From: Lachnospiraceae bacterium
Lineage (GTDB): Bacteria; Bacillota; Clostridia; Lachnospirales; Lachnospiraceae
Length of the DNA stretch: 64,000 nucleotides
Direction: 5' to 3'
NCBI GenBank assembly: GCA_045657625.1
Contig: JAZOTM010000003.1
Span: 5,574-69,573, forward strand
Shown: in pieces, positions 19,198 to 28,168 of the stretch
Layout of the letters: the number at the start of each line of letters is the position of its first letter
How positions within the stretch are numbered: position 1 is the first letter of the stretch
Notes under the pieces: model-generated
What the model saw: only the letters and a program-made list of their open reading frames with translations
The model's database searches: none
Told to the model about the DNA's origin: nothing
Made by a program: the position numbers and the translations under genes

Positions 19198-20070
19198 ATG
19201 CATGAAAAAGAGGCTAAATCGATACTAACTCCCCAAAATGGAATGAATGTGTACAGAGGTTGTACCCAGGGTTGTATTTATTGTGATTCCAGAAGTGATT
19301 GTTATCGTTATGAGTATGACTTTGAAGATGTGGAAATCAAGAAAAACATGGCACAGTTGCTGGAGAAATCTTTGCGAAGCAAGAGACGGCGGTGTATGAT
19401 TGGCATTGGTTCCATGAGTGATCCTTATCAGGAGATTGAGAAATCAGAACAGCTGATGAGAAGTGCTTTGGAACTGATTCATTATTATGGTTATGGGGTG
19501 ACCATTGAGACGAAGTCGGATTTGATTCTCAGAGATTTGGACTTGCTTCAGGCAATTCATACCAAGGCAAAGGTGAATGTGATTGTTTCTTTGACGGCAA
19601 GGGAGGATGCGCTGGCGGCGAAGCTGGAACCCGGTTGCCCTGCTACTTCCAGACGTGTGGAAGTGTTAAAGAAGCTGAAGGCAGAGGGTATTTCCACATA
19701 TGTACATATGGCACCATTGATTCCGGGGATTAATGACTCTGTAGAAAATGTGCAGGGACTGTTGGACCTTTGCGGAGAAGCAAAGGTGGACGGAATTCTT
19801 TATTCCTTTTTAGGCGTGACTTTGCGAAAGGGAAGTAGACAGCATTTTTACAAGAAGTTAACGGAACAATTTCCCGGTATGTTGGAAGATTTTATGGAAC
19901 AGTATGGTGAAATCAATGAAATTCACGTGCCGGAGGAAAAGGAATTGCTGGGGATGATTAAGCAGTATTGTAAGGAACATAGCATTGTTTGCGATCAACA
20001 AAAATTGTTTACTTATTTACGTGCTTTTGAGGACAAGCTCAGCGCCCCTCAGATTCAATTCGAATTTTAA
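19198..20070 (+). CDS. Radical SAM protein, SPL/DNA-photolyase-like (COG1533-type)
   Basis: CTQGCIYC (CxxxCxxC) within the first 30 aa. The roughly 290-aa size is typical of this family. Confidence 0.75.
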   Translation: MHEKEAKSILTPQNGMNVYRGCTQGCIYCDSRSDCYRYEYDFEDVEIKKNMAQLLEKSLRSKRRRCMIGIGSMSDPYQEIEKSEQLMRSALELIHYYGYGVTIETKSDLILRDLDLLQAIHTKAKVNVIVSLTAREDALAAKLEPGCPATSRRVEVLKKLKAEGISTYVHMAPLIPGINDSVENVQGLLDLCGEAKVDGILYSFLGVTLRKGSRQHFYKKLTEQFPGMLEDFMEQYGEINEIHVPEEKELLGMIKQYCKEHSIVCDQQKLFTYLRAFEDKLSAPQIQFEF

Positions 20071-20078
20071 ATATACGG

Positions 20079-20107
20079 TTGACGATTCCTATAGTGGATG
20101 CTATAAT
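20079..20107 (+). promoter_or_regulatory. Sigma-A-type promoter of the polyamine operon
   Basis: TTGACG (20079..20084), 17-nt spacer, TATAAT (20102..20107). Confidence 0.65.
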
Positions 20108-20258
20108 TTGCTAGCCGGAGTCTTTCCGCGTTGATTGAGTTAAAAGCTCAAATTTTATAAGTTGGTTATGTGTTTGAACACGCCCTTGTGAAACGGTCAA
20201 TGTAGAGTAGTAAAAGTAAGTGTTTACTATATAGACTCTGTCTGAAAACTTGTTGAAT

Positions 20259-20295
20259 ACGCAGGTATGTGAAAACACGTACCTGCGTTTTTTTA
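20259..20295 (+). terminator. Leader terminator (attenuator) 14 nt upstream of the speA start
   Basis: ACGCAGGTA/TACCTGCGT stem extended by GTG/CAC, followed by T7. The SD AAGGAG lies immediately downstream. Confidence 0.75.
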
Positions 20296-20308
20296 TTAAG
20301 GAGTTATC

Positions 20309-21757
20309 ATGGGAGAATTGAATCAGGAACGGGCCCCAATCTACGAGGCATTGGAAGAATTCAGACAGGCAAGAGTGGTACCTTTTGATGTGCCTGGACA
20401 TAAAAGAGGAAGAGGAAATAAAGAACTCACAGACTTTTTGGGTGAGCAATGTGTCAGCATTGACGTCAATAGTATGAAGCCTTTGGACAATTTGTGCCAT
20501 CCGGTTTCTGTCATTCGTGAGGCAGAGGAAATTGCGGCAGCAGCCTTTGGTGCAGAAAATGCATTCTTTATGGTAGGCGGAACCACCAGCGCAGTGCAGA
20601 GCATGGTGTTGACAGCCTGTAAAAGAGGGGAGAAAATCATTCTTCCCAGAAACGTACATCGAAGTGTCATCAATGCATTGGTTTTGAATGGTGCGATTCC
20701 GGTTTATGTCAATCCGGAAGTGAACCAGCGCTTAGGTATTTCTCTAGGTATGAAGCTTAGCGAAGTGGAAGCGGCCATTGAAGCAAACCCGGATGCAGTG
20801 GCAGTTCTTGTAAACAACCCGACATATTACGGTGTCTGCAGTGATTTGCAGGGCATTGTAAAAGCGGCACATGCAAAGGGCATGATGGTCCTTGCAGATG
20901 AAGCCCATGGTACTCATTTTTACTTTGGAAAGGGATTGCCGGTTTCCGCGATGCAGGCAGGTGCAGATATGGCCTCTGTCAGCATGCATAAGAGTGGCGG
21001 TAGCTTGACCCAGAGTAGTTTCCTTTTAACCGGAAAAAACGTACATGCAGGATACGTAAGACAGATTATTAACCTGACGCAGACCACTTCAGCCAGCTAT
21101 TTACTTATGAGTAGTTTGGATATTTCCAGACGTAATTTGGCGTTGCATGGAAAAGAGGTTTTTGAACAGGTGAAGTTTTTGGCGGAATACGCCAGAAACG
21201 AAATCAATGAAATCGGTGGCTATTATGCGTTCGGAAAAGAGTTGGTAGATGGCAGCGCTGTTTACGACTTCGATCCGACCAAGTTGTCCGTACATACCTT
21301 AGACATTGGTCTTGCAGGTATTGAAGTATATGACTTATTGAGAGACGAATATGATATTCAGATTGAATTTGGAGATTTGGGCAATGTCCTTGCTTATCTT
21401 TCTATTGGAGATCGTATTCACGAAGTAGAGCGTTTGGTAAGTGCGCTTGCAGAAATCAGACGTAATTTCAGCAAGTCAAAAGCGGGCATGCTGAGTCAGG
21501 AATATATTGCTCCGGATGTGGTGATTTCTCCACAGGGAGCGTTTTATGCGGAAAAAGAGAGTCTTCCTAGAGAACAAGCTTTGGGAAGAATCAGTAGCGA
21601 ATTTGTAATGTGCTATCCACCCGGCATTCCGATTTTGGCACCGGGAGAGCGTGTTACAAGAGATGTGCTGGATTACATTGCCTATGCAAAAGAAAAAGGT
21701 TGTAGCATGACGGGACCGGAAGATCCCACCATTGAAAATTTGAATGTGATTAAATAG
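20309..21757 (+). CDS. speA: Arginine (Orn/Lys/Arg-family, PLP fold I) decarboxylase
   Basis: FDVPGHKRG and SMHKSGGSLTQSS (PLP-Lys) motifs. Operon context with agmatinase. Confidence 0.8.
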   Translation: MGELNQERAPIYEALEEFRQARVVPFDVPGHKRGRGNKELTDFLGEQCVSIDVNSMKPLDNLCHPVSVIREAEEIAAAAFGAENAFFMVGGTTSAVQSMVLTACKRGEKIILPRNVHRSVINALVLNGAIPVYVNPEVNQRLGISLGMKLSEVEAAIEANPDAVAVLVNNPTYYGVCSDLQGIVKAAHAKGMMVLADEAHGTHFYFGKGLPVSAMQAGADMASVSMHKSGGSLTQSSFLLTGKNVHAGYVRQIINLTQTTSASYLLMSSLDISRRNLALHGKEVFEQVKFLAEYARNEINEIGGYYAFGKELVDGSAVYDFDPTKLSVHTLDIGLAGIEVYDLLRDEYDIQIEFGDLGNVLAYLSIGDRIHEVERLVSALAEIRRNFSKSKAGMLSQEYIAPDVVISPQGAFYAEKESLPREQALGRISSEFVMCYPPGIPILAPGERVTRDVLDYIAYAKEKGCSMTGPEDPTIENLNVIK

Positions 21758-21770
21758 AGGAGAAACGTCC

Positions 21771-22622
21771 ATGGATTTATGGTTTTCAGAGCTTCAGACA
21801 CAAAATGTGAAATTGTCTTTGCGTGTGGAAAGACAGATTTTTTCTCAACAATCTGAGGTACAACGAATAGATGTCTTTGAAAGTAAAGAATTTGGTCGTA
21901 TTTTGTCTTTGGATGGACACATTATGTTGACGGAACGTGATGAGTTCATTTACGACGAAATGATTACCCATGTGCCAATGGCAGTGCACAAGACTGCCAA
22001 GGATATCCTGGTCATTGGTGCCGGTGATGGTGGTGTGGTACGGGAATTGACTCGTTATGATCGGGTGGAGCATATTGATTTGGTAGAAATGGACCCACTG
22101 GTTGTGGAAGTTTGTCGTCAATTTTTGCCACAGAATGCCTGCCGTTTGGATGACAAACGCGTGCATATTCATTATGAAAATGGATTGAAATTTTTACGTA
22201 AGTGTGAAAATAAATATGATTTGATTATTGTGGATTCCAATGACCCTTACGGTCCCATGGAAAGTCTTTTCACCAAGGAATTCTATGGAAACTGCTTCAA
22301 GGCGTTAAAGGAAGACGGAATTATGGTCAACCAGCAGGGAAGTCCTTTCTATGATGAGGACGCCAGAGCTTGCAAACGTAGTCACAAACGTATTGTTAGC
22401 ACCTTCCCAATCAGCCGCGTTTACCAGGCCCATATACCGACTTATGCAGCAGGTTATTGGTTGTTTGGATTTGCCAGCAAAAAATATCATCCGGTGGATG
22501 ACTTTGATGCAGCAAGCTGGAGTGTGCTTGGATTAAAGACCAAGTATTACACCACAAGACTTCATCAAGGAGCTTTTTATTTGCCGGCCTACTTAGAGGA
22601 GATGTTGCAGGATGTTGAATAG
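21771..22622 (+). CDS. speE: Spermidine synthase-like aminopropyltransferase
   Basis: LDGHIMLTERDEFIYDEM, VIGAGDGGVVRE and DSNDPYGP motifs. Confidence 0.9.
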   Translation: MDLWFSELQTQNVKLSLRVERQIFSQQSEVQRIDVFESKEFGRILSLDGHIMLTERDEFIYDEMITHVPMAVHKTAKDILVIGAGDGGVVRELTRYDRVEHIDLVEMDPLVVEVCRQFLPQNACRLDDKRVHIHYENGLKFLRKCENKYDLIIVDSNDPYGPMESLFTKEFYGNCFKALKEDGIMVNQQGSPFYDEDARACKRSHKRIVSTFPISRVYQAHIPTYAAGYWLFGFASKKYHPVDDFDAASWSVLGLKTKYYTTRLHQGAFYLPAYLEEMLQDVE

Positions 22623-23481
22623 AAATGTAGAAACCTTTATCGGATGTGAAGCATCTTATGAAGATTCCAATATCGTTTTATTTGGTGCACCTTTTGATTC
22701 TACTACCAGCTATCGACCGGGGACTCGCTTTGCTTCCAAAGCCATTCGAAGCGAAAGTTTTGGCTTGGAAACCTATAGTCCTTACCAGGACCGAGATTTG
22801 ACGGATTATGCGATTTTTGACAGTGGAGATTTGGAGCTTCCTTTTGGAAATACAGAAGAAGCGCTTCGCCAGATTGAGGAACGAACCAGAATCATTTTAG
22901 AGGATGGCAAGTTGCCTTTCATGATTGGCGGAGAACATTTGGTGACTTTGGGTGCTGTCCGAGCAGTATTTGAAAAATATCCGGATTTGCATATCGTACA
23001 TTTTGACGCTCATACGGATTTGCGTGATGAGTACTTAGGCGTTTCTTTGAGCCATGCAGCGGTGATTCGCCGTTGCTATGACTTGGTAGGAGACGGAAAA
23101 ATTTTTCAGTTTGGAATTCGTAGTGGTGATAGACCGGAATTCTACTGGGCTGCAGAGGGGCATACCCACTTGCAGAAATTCAATTTTGGTGGATTACAGC
23201 AGGTCATGGAAAGTTTACGTGGAAAACCGATATACTTTACCATTGATTTGGATGTGCTGGATCCATCTGTTTTCCCCGGAACCGGTACGCCGGAAGCCGG
23301 AGGCGTGACTTTTATCGAATTATTAAATGCCATGCGAACCGTATGTGCAGGCCAGCAAATTGTTGGTTGTGATGTAAATGAACTTGCACCGCTTTTGGAC
23401 CCGACAGGTGCATCCACAGCTGTGGCGTGCAAAGTGGTACGTGAATTATTATGTGCTTTAGAAGGAAAGGAGAACGAATAA
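22612..23481 (+). CDS. speB: Agmatinase-family ureohydrolase
   Basis: GGEHLVT, HFDAHTDL and DLDVLDP Mn-binding motifs. Confidence 0.9.
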   Translation: MLNRNVETFIGCEASYEDSNIVLFGAPFDSTTSYRPGTRFASKAIRSESFGLETYSPYQDRDLTDYAIFDSGDLELPFGNTEEALRQIEERTRIILEDGKLPFMIGGEHLVTLGAVRAVFEKYPDLHIVHFDAHTDLRDEYLGVSLSHAAVIRRCYDLVGDGKIFQFGIRSGDRPEFYWAAEGHTHLQKFNFGGLQQVMESLRGKPIYFTIDLDVLDPSVFPGTGTPEAGGVTFIELLNAMRTVCAGQQIVGCDVNELAPLLDPTGASTAVACKVVRELLCALEGKENE

Positions 23482-23482
23482 C

Positions 23483-24685
23483 ATGGGAAGAGCCCTTATT
23501 ATTGGATGTGGAGGAGTTGCTAGCGTAGCAATTCACAAATGCTGTCAGAACAGCGATGTATTTGAAGAGATTATGATTGCAAGCCGTACAAAATCAAAGT
23601 GCGATGCGTTAAAAGAAAAATTAGAAGGTACTACCAAGACAAAGATTACAACTGCTCAGATTGATGCGGATGATGTGGAAGCTTTGACTGCTTTGATCAA
23701 AGAATACAATCCGGGTGTCGTTCTCAACTTGGCATTGCCATATCAGGATTTGCATATTATGGATGCTTGTCTTGCAGCCGGTGTTAGCTATGTAGATACA
23801 GCAAACTATGAGCCGGAAGATACTGCTCATTTTGAATATAGCTGGCAGTGGGCTTACAGAGAAAAATTTGAAAAGGCAGGATTGACTGCAGTACTTGGTA
23901 GTGGATTCGATCCGGGTGTTACCGGAGTCTATTCTGCTTATGCGTTGAAGCATGAGTTCGATGAAATCAACTACATTGATATTTTGGATTGCAATGCCGG
24001 CGATCATGGGTATCCATTTGCAACCAACTTCAACCCGGAAATCAATATCCGTGAAGTTTCTGCAAAAGGAAGCTACTGGGAAAACGGTGCATGGGTAGAG
24101 ACAGAGCCAATGGAAATCAAGCGCGTTTACAATTTCCCGGAGGTTGGGGAAAAAGATATGTACTTGCTTCACCATGAGGAAATCGAAAGCTTGGCACTCA
24201 ATATGCCGGGGATCAAACGGATTCGTTTCTTCATGACCTTTGGACAGAGCTACTTAGATCATTTGCGTTGCTTGGAAGATGTTGGAATGACCAGCATTGA
24301 GCCAATTATGTTTGAAGGAAAAGAAATAATTCCACTTCAGTTCTTAAAGGCTGTATTGCCGGATCCTGCATCTCTCGGACCAAGAACTGTCGGAAAGACA
24401 AATATCGGATGTATTTTCCGTGGAAAGAAAGACGGAAAAGAAAAGACTTACTACTTGTATAACGTATGTGACCATCAGGAATGCTACAAAGAAGTAGGAA
24501 GCCAGGCTGTTGCTTACACCACAGGTGTACCGGCAATGATCGGAGCGATGATGGTACTTACCGGCACATGGAATATGCCTGGTGTACACAACATTGAAGA
24601 ATTTGATCCGGATCCATTTATGGAGGCATTAAACAAATGGGGACTTCCATGGCAGGAAAGCTTCAACCCGGATTTAGTAGACTAA
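23483..24685 (+). CDS. Carboxy(nor)spermidine dehydrogenase (saccharopine dehydrogenase family)
   Basis: N-terminal IIGCGGVASV Rossmann motif, 400 aa, directly upstream of the decarboxylase partner. Confidence 0.8.
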   Translation: MGRALIIGCGGVASVAIHKCCQNSDVFEEIMIASRTKSKCDALKEKLEGTTKTKITTAQIDADDVEALTALIKEYNPGVVLNLALPYQDLHIMDACLAAGVSYVDTANYEPEDTAHFEYSWQWAYREKFEKAGLTAVLGSGFDPGVTGVYSAYALKHEFDEINYIDILDCNAGDHGYPFATNFNPEINIREVSAKGSYWENGAWVETEPMEIKRVYNFPEVGEKDMYLLHHEEIESLALNMPGIKRIRFFMTFGQSYLDHLRCLEDVGMTSIEPIMFEGKEIIPLQFLKAVLPDPASLGPRTVGKTNIGCIFRGKKDGKEKTYYLYNVCDHQECYKEVGSQAVAYTTGVPAMIGAMMVLTGTWNMPGVHNIEEFDPDPFMEALNKWGLPWQESFNPDLVD

Positions 24686-24702
24686 TTACGTGTTTATAGA
24701 AT

Positions 24703-24736
24703 TGCTCGTGTAGCATCTTGCTGCACGAGCAGTTTT
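24703..24736 (+). terminator. Hairpin plus T-run between the dehydrogenase and decarboxylase genes
   Basis: CTCGTGTAGCA/TGCTGCACGAG stem followed by GTTTT. Confidence 0.5.
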
Positions 24737-24781
24737 CGAATTATCCTGAATTTTAAAATCGTAAAAGAAAAAGGGGAAACC

Positions 24782-25921
24782 ATGAAAAGACAGGAAATAC
24801 ATACGCCTTGTTACATCATTGATGTGGAAAAATTAGAAGATAATTTAAAGATATTAAATCAAGTGGAGCAGGAGACCGGGTGCAAAATTTTGCTGGCACA
24901 AAAGGCTTTTTCTTGTTTTCCGCTGTATTCCCTGATTGGAAAATATATCAGTGGTACGGCAGCCTCCGGATTGTATGAAGCCAGACTTGGAAAAGAAGAA
25001 ATGGGAAAGGAAACCCATGTTTTTTCCGCAGCTTATCGAGAAGATGAAGTGGAGGAATTGGTGAAATATGCAGATCATATGGTGTTTAATTCGGTATCTC
25101 AGCTGGCAAAATTCGGTACTTTTTTCAAAGAAAAAGGAAAAAGTATGGGACTGCGAATAAATCCGGAATGCTCTACCCAGGAAGGACATGAAATTTATGA
25201 TCCTTGTGCAAAGGGAAGCCGTCTGGGTGTGACTTTGGAAAGCTTTGAACGGGAAATGACACCGGAGCTTTTGGCTCTTTTGGATGGATTTCACTTTCAC
25301 ACCCTCTGTGAGCAGAATTCTGACGATTTAGAGAAGACTTTGGTGGTATTTGAGGAAAAGTTCCGCAAATATTTTTCGGGCTTAAAATGGATAAATTTCG
25401 GCGGAGGACATCATATCACTAGAGAAGATTATGATTTGGAATGCTTGAAGCGTTGTATTTGTCATGTGCAGGATACTTATGGCGTGCAGGTGTACTTGGA
25501 GCCGGGAGAAGCAGTGGCTTTGAATGCCGGGGAATTGGATACCACCGTTTTAGATATTACAGAAAACAGTGGATACAATGCAATTCTGGATACCAGTGCA
25601 GCATGCCATATGCCGGATGTTTTGGAAATGCCCTATCGTCCACCACTAAAAGATAGTTTTGAGGCAGAGGAAAAAACATACACCTATCGTTTGGGTGGAC
25701 CGACCTGTTTATCCGGTGATTACATCGGTACTTACTCTTTTGAAACACCGTTACATGTAGGAGATCGTCTGACTTTTCAAGACATGGCAATTTACTCTAT
25801 GGTAAAAAATAACACATTTAACGGAATGCCCTTGCCTTCGATTGTATTGAAAAAAGAACAGGAAAACTACGAAGTTCTAAGGAGTTTCTCTTATTCCGAC
25901 TTTAAAGGCCGTTTGGGGTGA
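24782..25921 (+). CDS. nspC: Carboxy(nor)spermidine decarboxylase
   Basis: PLP fold III decarboxylase appearance (TPCYIID..., GGGHH, EPGEAV). Paired with the upstream dehydrogenase. Confidence 0.8.
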   Translation: MKRQEIHTPCYIIDVEKLEDNLKILNQVEQETGCKILLAQKAFSCFPLYSLIGKYISGTAASGLYEARLGKEEMGKETHVFSAAYREDEVEELVKYADHMVFNSVSQLAKFGTFFKEKGKSMGLRINPECSTQEGHEIYDPCAKGSRLGVTLESFEREMTPELLALLDGFHFHTLCEQNSDDLEKTLVVFEEKFRKYFSGLKWINFGGGHHITREDYDLECLKRCICHVQDTYGVQVYLEPGEAVALNAGELDTTVLDITENSGYNAILDTSAACHMPDVLEMPYRPPLKDSFEAEEKTYTYRLGGPTCLSGDYIGTYSFETPLHVGDRLTFQDMAIYSMVKNNTFNGMPLPSIVLKKEQENYEVLRSFSYSDFKGRLG

Positions 25922-25965
25922 TTTTGTATATTATGTACAAAGATAGGTAAAATTTACGAAAAAAA

Positions 25966-26199
25966 TTGACATTTTAGCAATCTGCTGGTAGTATTTATAT
26001 CAGCGACGATGTTCGAAATGTAGGAAATAATCAAGAAAAAGGTCGACATTTTTTTGCTTATCTTTTTGCTTTTGGGACATGTCAGATTGCTAGAGATGTA
26101 TTGGGGAAATGGGAGCGTGAATTTCTTTTGCAAGGGGGTTGCAAAAGAAACAAAGAGTTATTTAAAAACCTTTCGGTTAGGGGGACCGAAAGGTTTTTT
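25966..26199 (+). ncRNA. Candidate orphan transcript (promoter to terminator, about 200 nt, no convincing ORF)
   Basis: TTGACA (25966), 17-nt spacer, TAGTAT (25989). Internal 9-bp hairpin CTTTTGCAA-GGGGG-TTGCAAAAG. Ends at the 26164..26199 terminator. Points antisense into the convergent ECF gene. Confidence 0.25.
26164..26199. terminator. Bidirectional intrinsic terminator
   Basis: AACCTTTCGGT-TAGGGGG-ACCGAAAGGTT, flanked by an A-run and a T-run. Confidence 0.8.
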
Positions 26200-26225
26200 G
26201 GGTTCAAGGTGTTTTTTCAAAAATT

Positions 26226-26774
26226 CTATTGATTTCGTTTGATGTTTCTCAAAATCGGTGAAAGCAAAATCGCTACAATCACACCGAAGATTCCTTGTAC
26301 AATATTAAAGGGTACACTGGCCAGAGCAGAAGTGGCTGCAGCAAGCAGTGCGGTATCGGATGTACCGGACCCGGATAAGTAGACGAGCCCTGTTTCATAA
26401 AGAAAATAAAAGACAATCATAAAAAGTTCTGCGGGAATTCCGGCGAATAAAACCGGAATCGCCAGAGGTGCTTCTTTTTTCCATTTATGGTACAAAAAAC
26501 CGGCGATGTAAGCAGTACCGGCTTTGATGAAAAATGTGCCCGGTACATAGAGAATATAGCCGGAAAATAAATCGGAAAACATGGAGCCGACTCCGGCAGC
26601 CAAGGCACCGGTCAGGCCATTTAGATAAAAGCCACAAATCAGAACCAGAGCGTCGCCCATATGAATATACCCCATGGTGGGGGTTTGAATTTTTATAATC
26701 ATAGTAGCGATACAAGTAAAGGCGGAAAGTAAGGCGGCCTGTACCAATCGCTGGATTTTTAAGTTTGGGTTCAT
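26226..26774 (-). CDS. ECF-transporter S component-like membrane protein (substrate unknown)
   Basis: 182 aa with 5-6 TM, glycine-rich helices, and an N-terminus of the type QRLVQAALLSAFTCIATMII. Family call by appearance. Confidence 0.6.
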   Translation of the reverse strand: MNPNLKIQRLVQAALLSAFTCIATMIIKIQTPTMGYIHMGDALVLICGFYLNGLTGALAAGVGSMFSDLFSGYILYVPGTFFIKAGTAYIAGFLYHKWKKEAPLAIPVLFAGIPAELFMIVFYFLYETGLVYLSGSGTSDTALLAAATSALASVPFNIVQGIFGVIVAILLSPILRNIKRNQ

Positions 26775-26898
26775 AAGGAAATCTCCTTTTTTATATAAAC
26801 TGAAACAAAGTATACGAAAAAATACAGAAAATGTCTAATCAAAAAAAGTAATGGTCGGTTATACTATATACATAGAATGAAAAAGGTGGGAAAGTGTT

Positions 26899-28047
26899 GT
26901 GAATAAAGTACTTCGTATATTTTTATATGTGGCTTCCCTTGCGGTACTTGGAGTATTGGGGGTTTTCATGTACCGAAGTGTGAAGGCGCAAAACAGTCAA
27001 GTGGATGAAAGTCCTGCAGTAGTGCAGGAAACAGAAGCTGTGCTTCCGGAGACGGAAAGCGAAATTTTGGAGACAGTAGAGGTGGAAACCGAAACGGAAG
27101 AACCGGAGGAAGACAGTACTACGTTGTTTTTTACCGGGGATATTTTAATTGGAGATGCGGTAATTTCCAATTATAACTCCGGTGGATTATCGGCATTGCT
27201 GTCCGACACCTATGTGGAAGAAATGCAAAACGCAGACATTACCATGGTTAATGAAGAATTTCCATTTAGCACCAGAGGGGAAGCAGCAGATAAGGAATAT
27301 ACCTTTGAAGCGGATCCTTCTTATGTTTCGATTTTTCAGGAAATGGGAATTGATATCGTGACCTTGGCAAACAATCACATTTTGGATTTTGGTACAGAGG
27401 CATTGCTGGATACCTGTGATACCTTAGATGCAGCCGGCATTTTGTATGCAGGAGCAGGCGAAAATGCAGAGAGTGCAAAGGCGCTGCAAATTATTGAAAA
27501 GAATGGTATGAAATTTGGATTTTTAGCAGCTTCTCGTGTGTGGCCGGAAACCAGTTGGGCTGCAGGAACAAGCTCTCCCGGGGTGTTTGGTACCTATGAT
27601 CCGACGCAGCTTTTGGCAGCCATTGAAGAAGCCAAAGAGCAATGTGATTTCTTGACGGTCTATGTACATTGGGGCGTGGAAAGAAGTACCACACCGGAAG
27701 ATTACCAAATTTCCTTGGCGACCCGCTATGCAGAAGCCGGTGCGGATTTGATTATTGGGGCGCATCCTCATGTTTTGCAGGGTGCAAGCTATGTAAACGG
27801 TGTGCCGGTTTTTTATAGTTTGGGAAATTTCTTGTTTAGCTATTCTTCCTTTGATACGGCAGCGTTAAAGGTTGTGGTTTCACAGGATGGAAGTGCCACC
27901 TACCAATTGATTCCCGGAACTTCCTCTTCTGCGTATACCACGGCATTGGAAGGATCGCCGGCGATTGCGGCACTGGAAAACATCAGTGCTCTTTCTATTG
28001 ACGCTTATATTGATTCTGAGGGGTATTTACATTCGGAGACGGAATAG
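26899..28047 (+). CDS. CapA-family (PGA_cap metallophosphatase-like) membrane-anchored protein
   Basis: N-terminal TM. Motifs FTGD, NEEFPF, TLANNHILDFG, HWGVE, GAHPHVLQG and YSLGNF. Confidence 0.8.
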   Translation: MNKVLRIFLYVASLAVLGVLGVFMYRSVKAQNSQVDESPAVVQETEAVLPETESEILETVEVETETEEPEEDSTTLFFTGDILIGDAVISNYNSGGLSALLSDTYVEEMQNADITMVNEEFPFSTRGEAADKEYTFEADPSYVSIFQEMGIDIVTLANNHILDFGTEALLDTCDTLDAAGILYAGAGENAESAKALQIIEKNGMKFGFLAASRVWPETSWAAGTSSPGVFGTYDPTQLLAAIEEAKEQCDFLTVYVHWGVERSTTPEDYQISLATRYAEAGADLIIGAHPHVLQGASYVNGVPVFYSLGNFLFSYSSFDTAALKVVVSQDGSATYQLIPGTSSSAYTTALEGSPAIAALENISALSIDAYIDSEGYLHSETE

Positions 28048-28168
28048 CAAATATGTTGTATGAATTTGTCAGAAAAAATTTTTATATAAGCAGAATAGAC
28101 AAATAATTCTTCAAGATATATAATTTTATTAGAATTATGTCTGAAAATCAGAAGAGGCAGAGGTAACT

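Noticed and set aside
20108-20258. speA leader as a T-box, SAM, lysine or guanidine-I riboswitch.
   Set aside because: I could not find the T-box 14-mer, the SAM-I GGAGGGA/GCAACC elements, or the ykkC CUAGGGUUCCG/GGUCCGAGAG cores. GCTAGCCGGAG is only a weak resemblance. It is left as an unassigned attenuator.
20111-20673. Minus-strand ORFs of 182 aa and 110 aa overlapping the speA leader and the 5' part of speA.
   Set aside because: They are antisense to a strongly supported CDS, with no SD and Cys/His-rich nonsense composition. The region is better explained as promoter, leader and speA.
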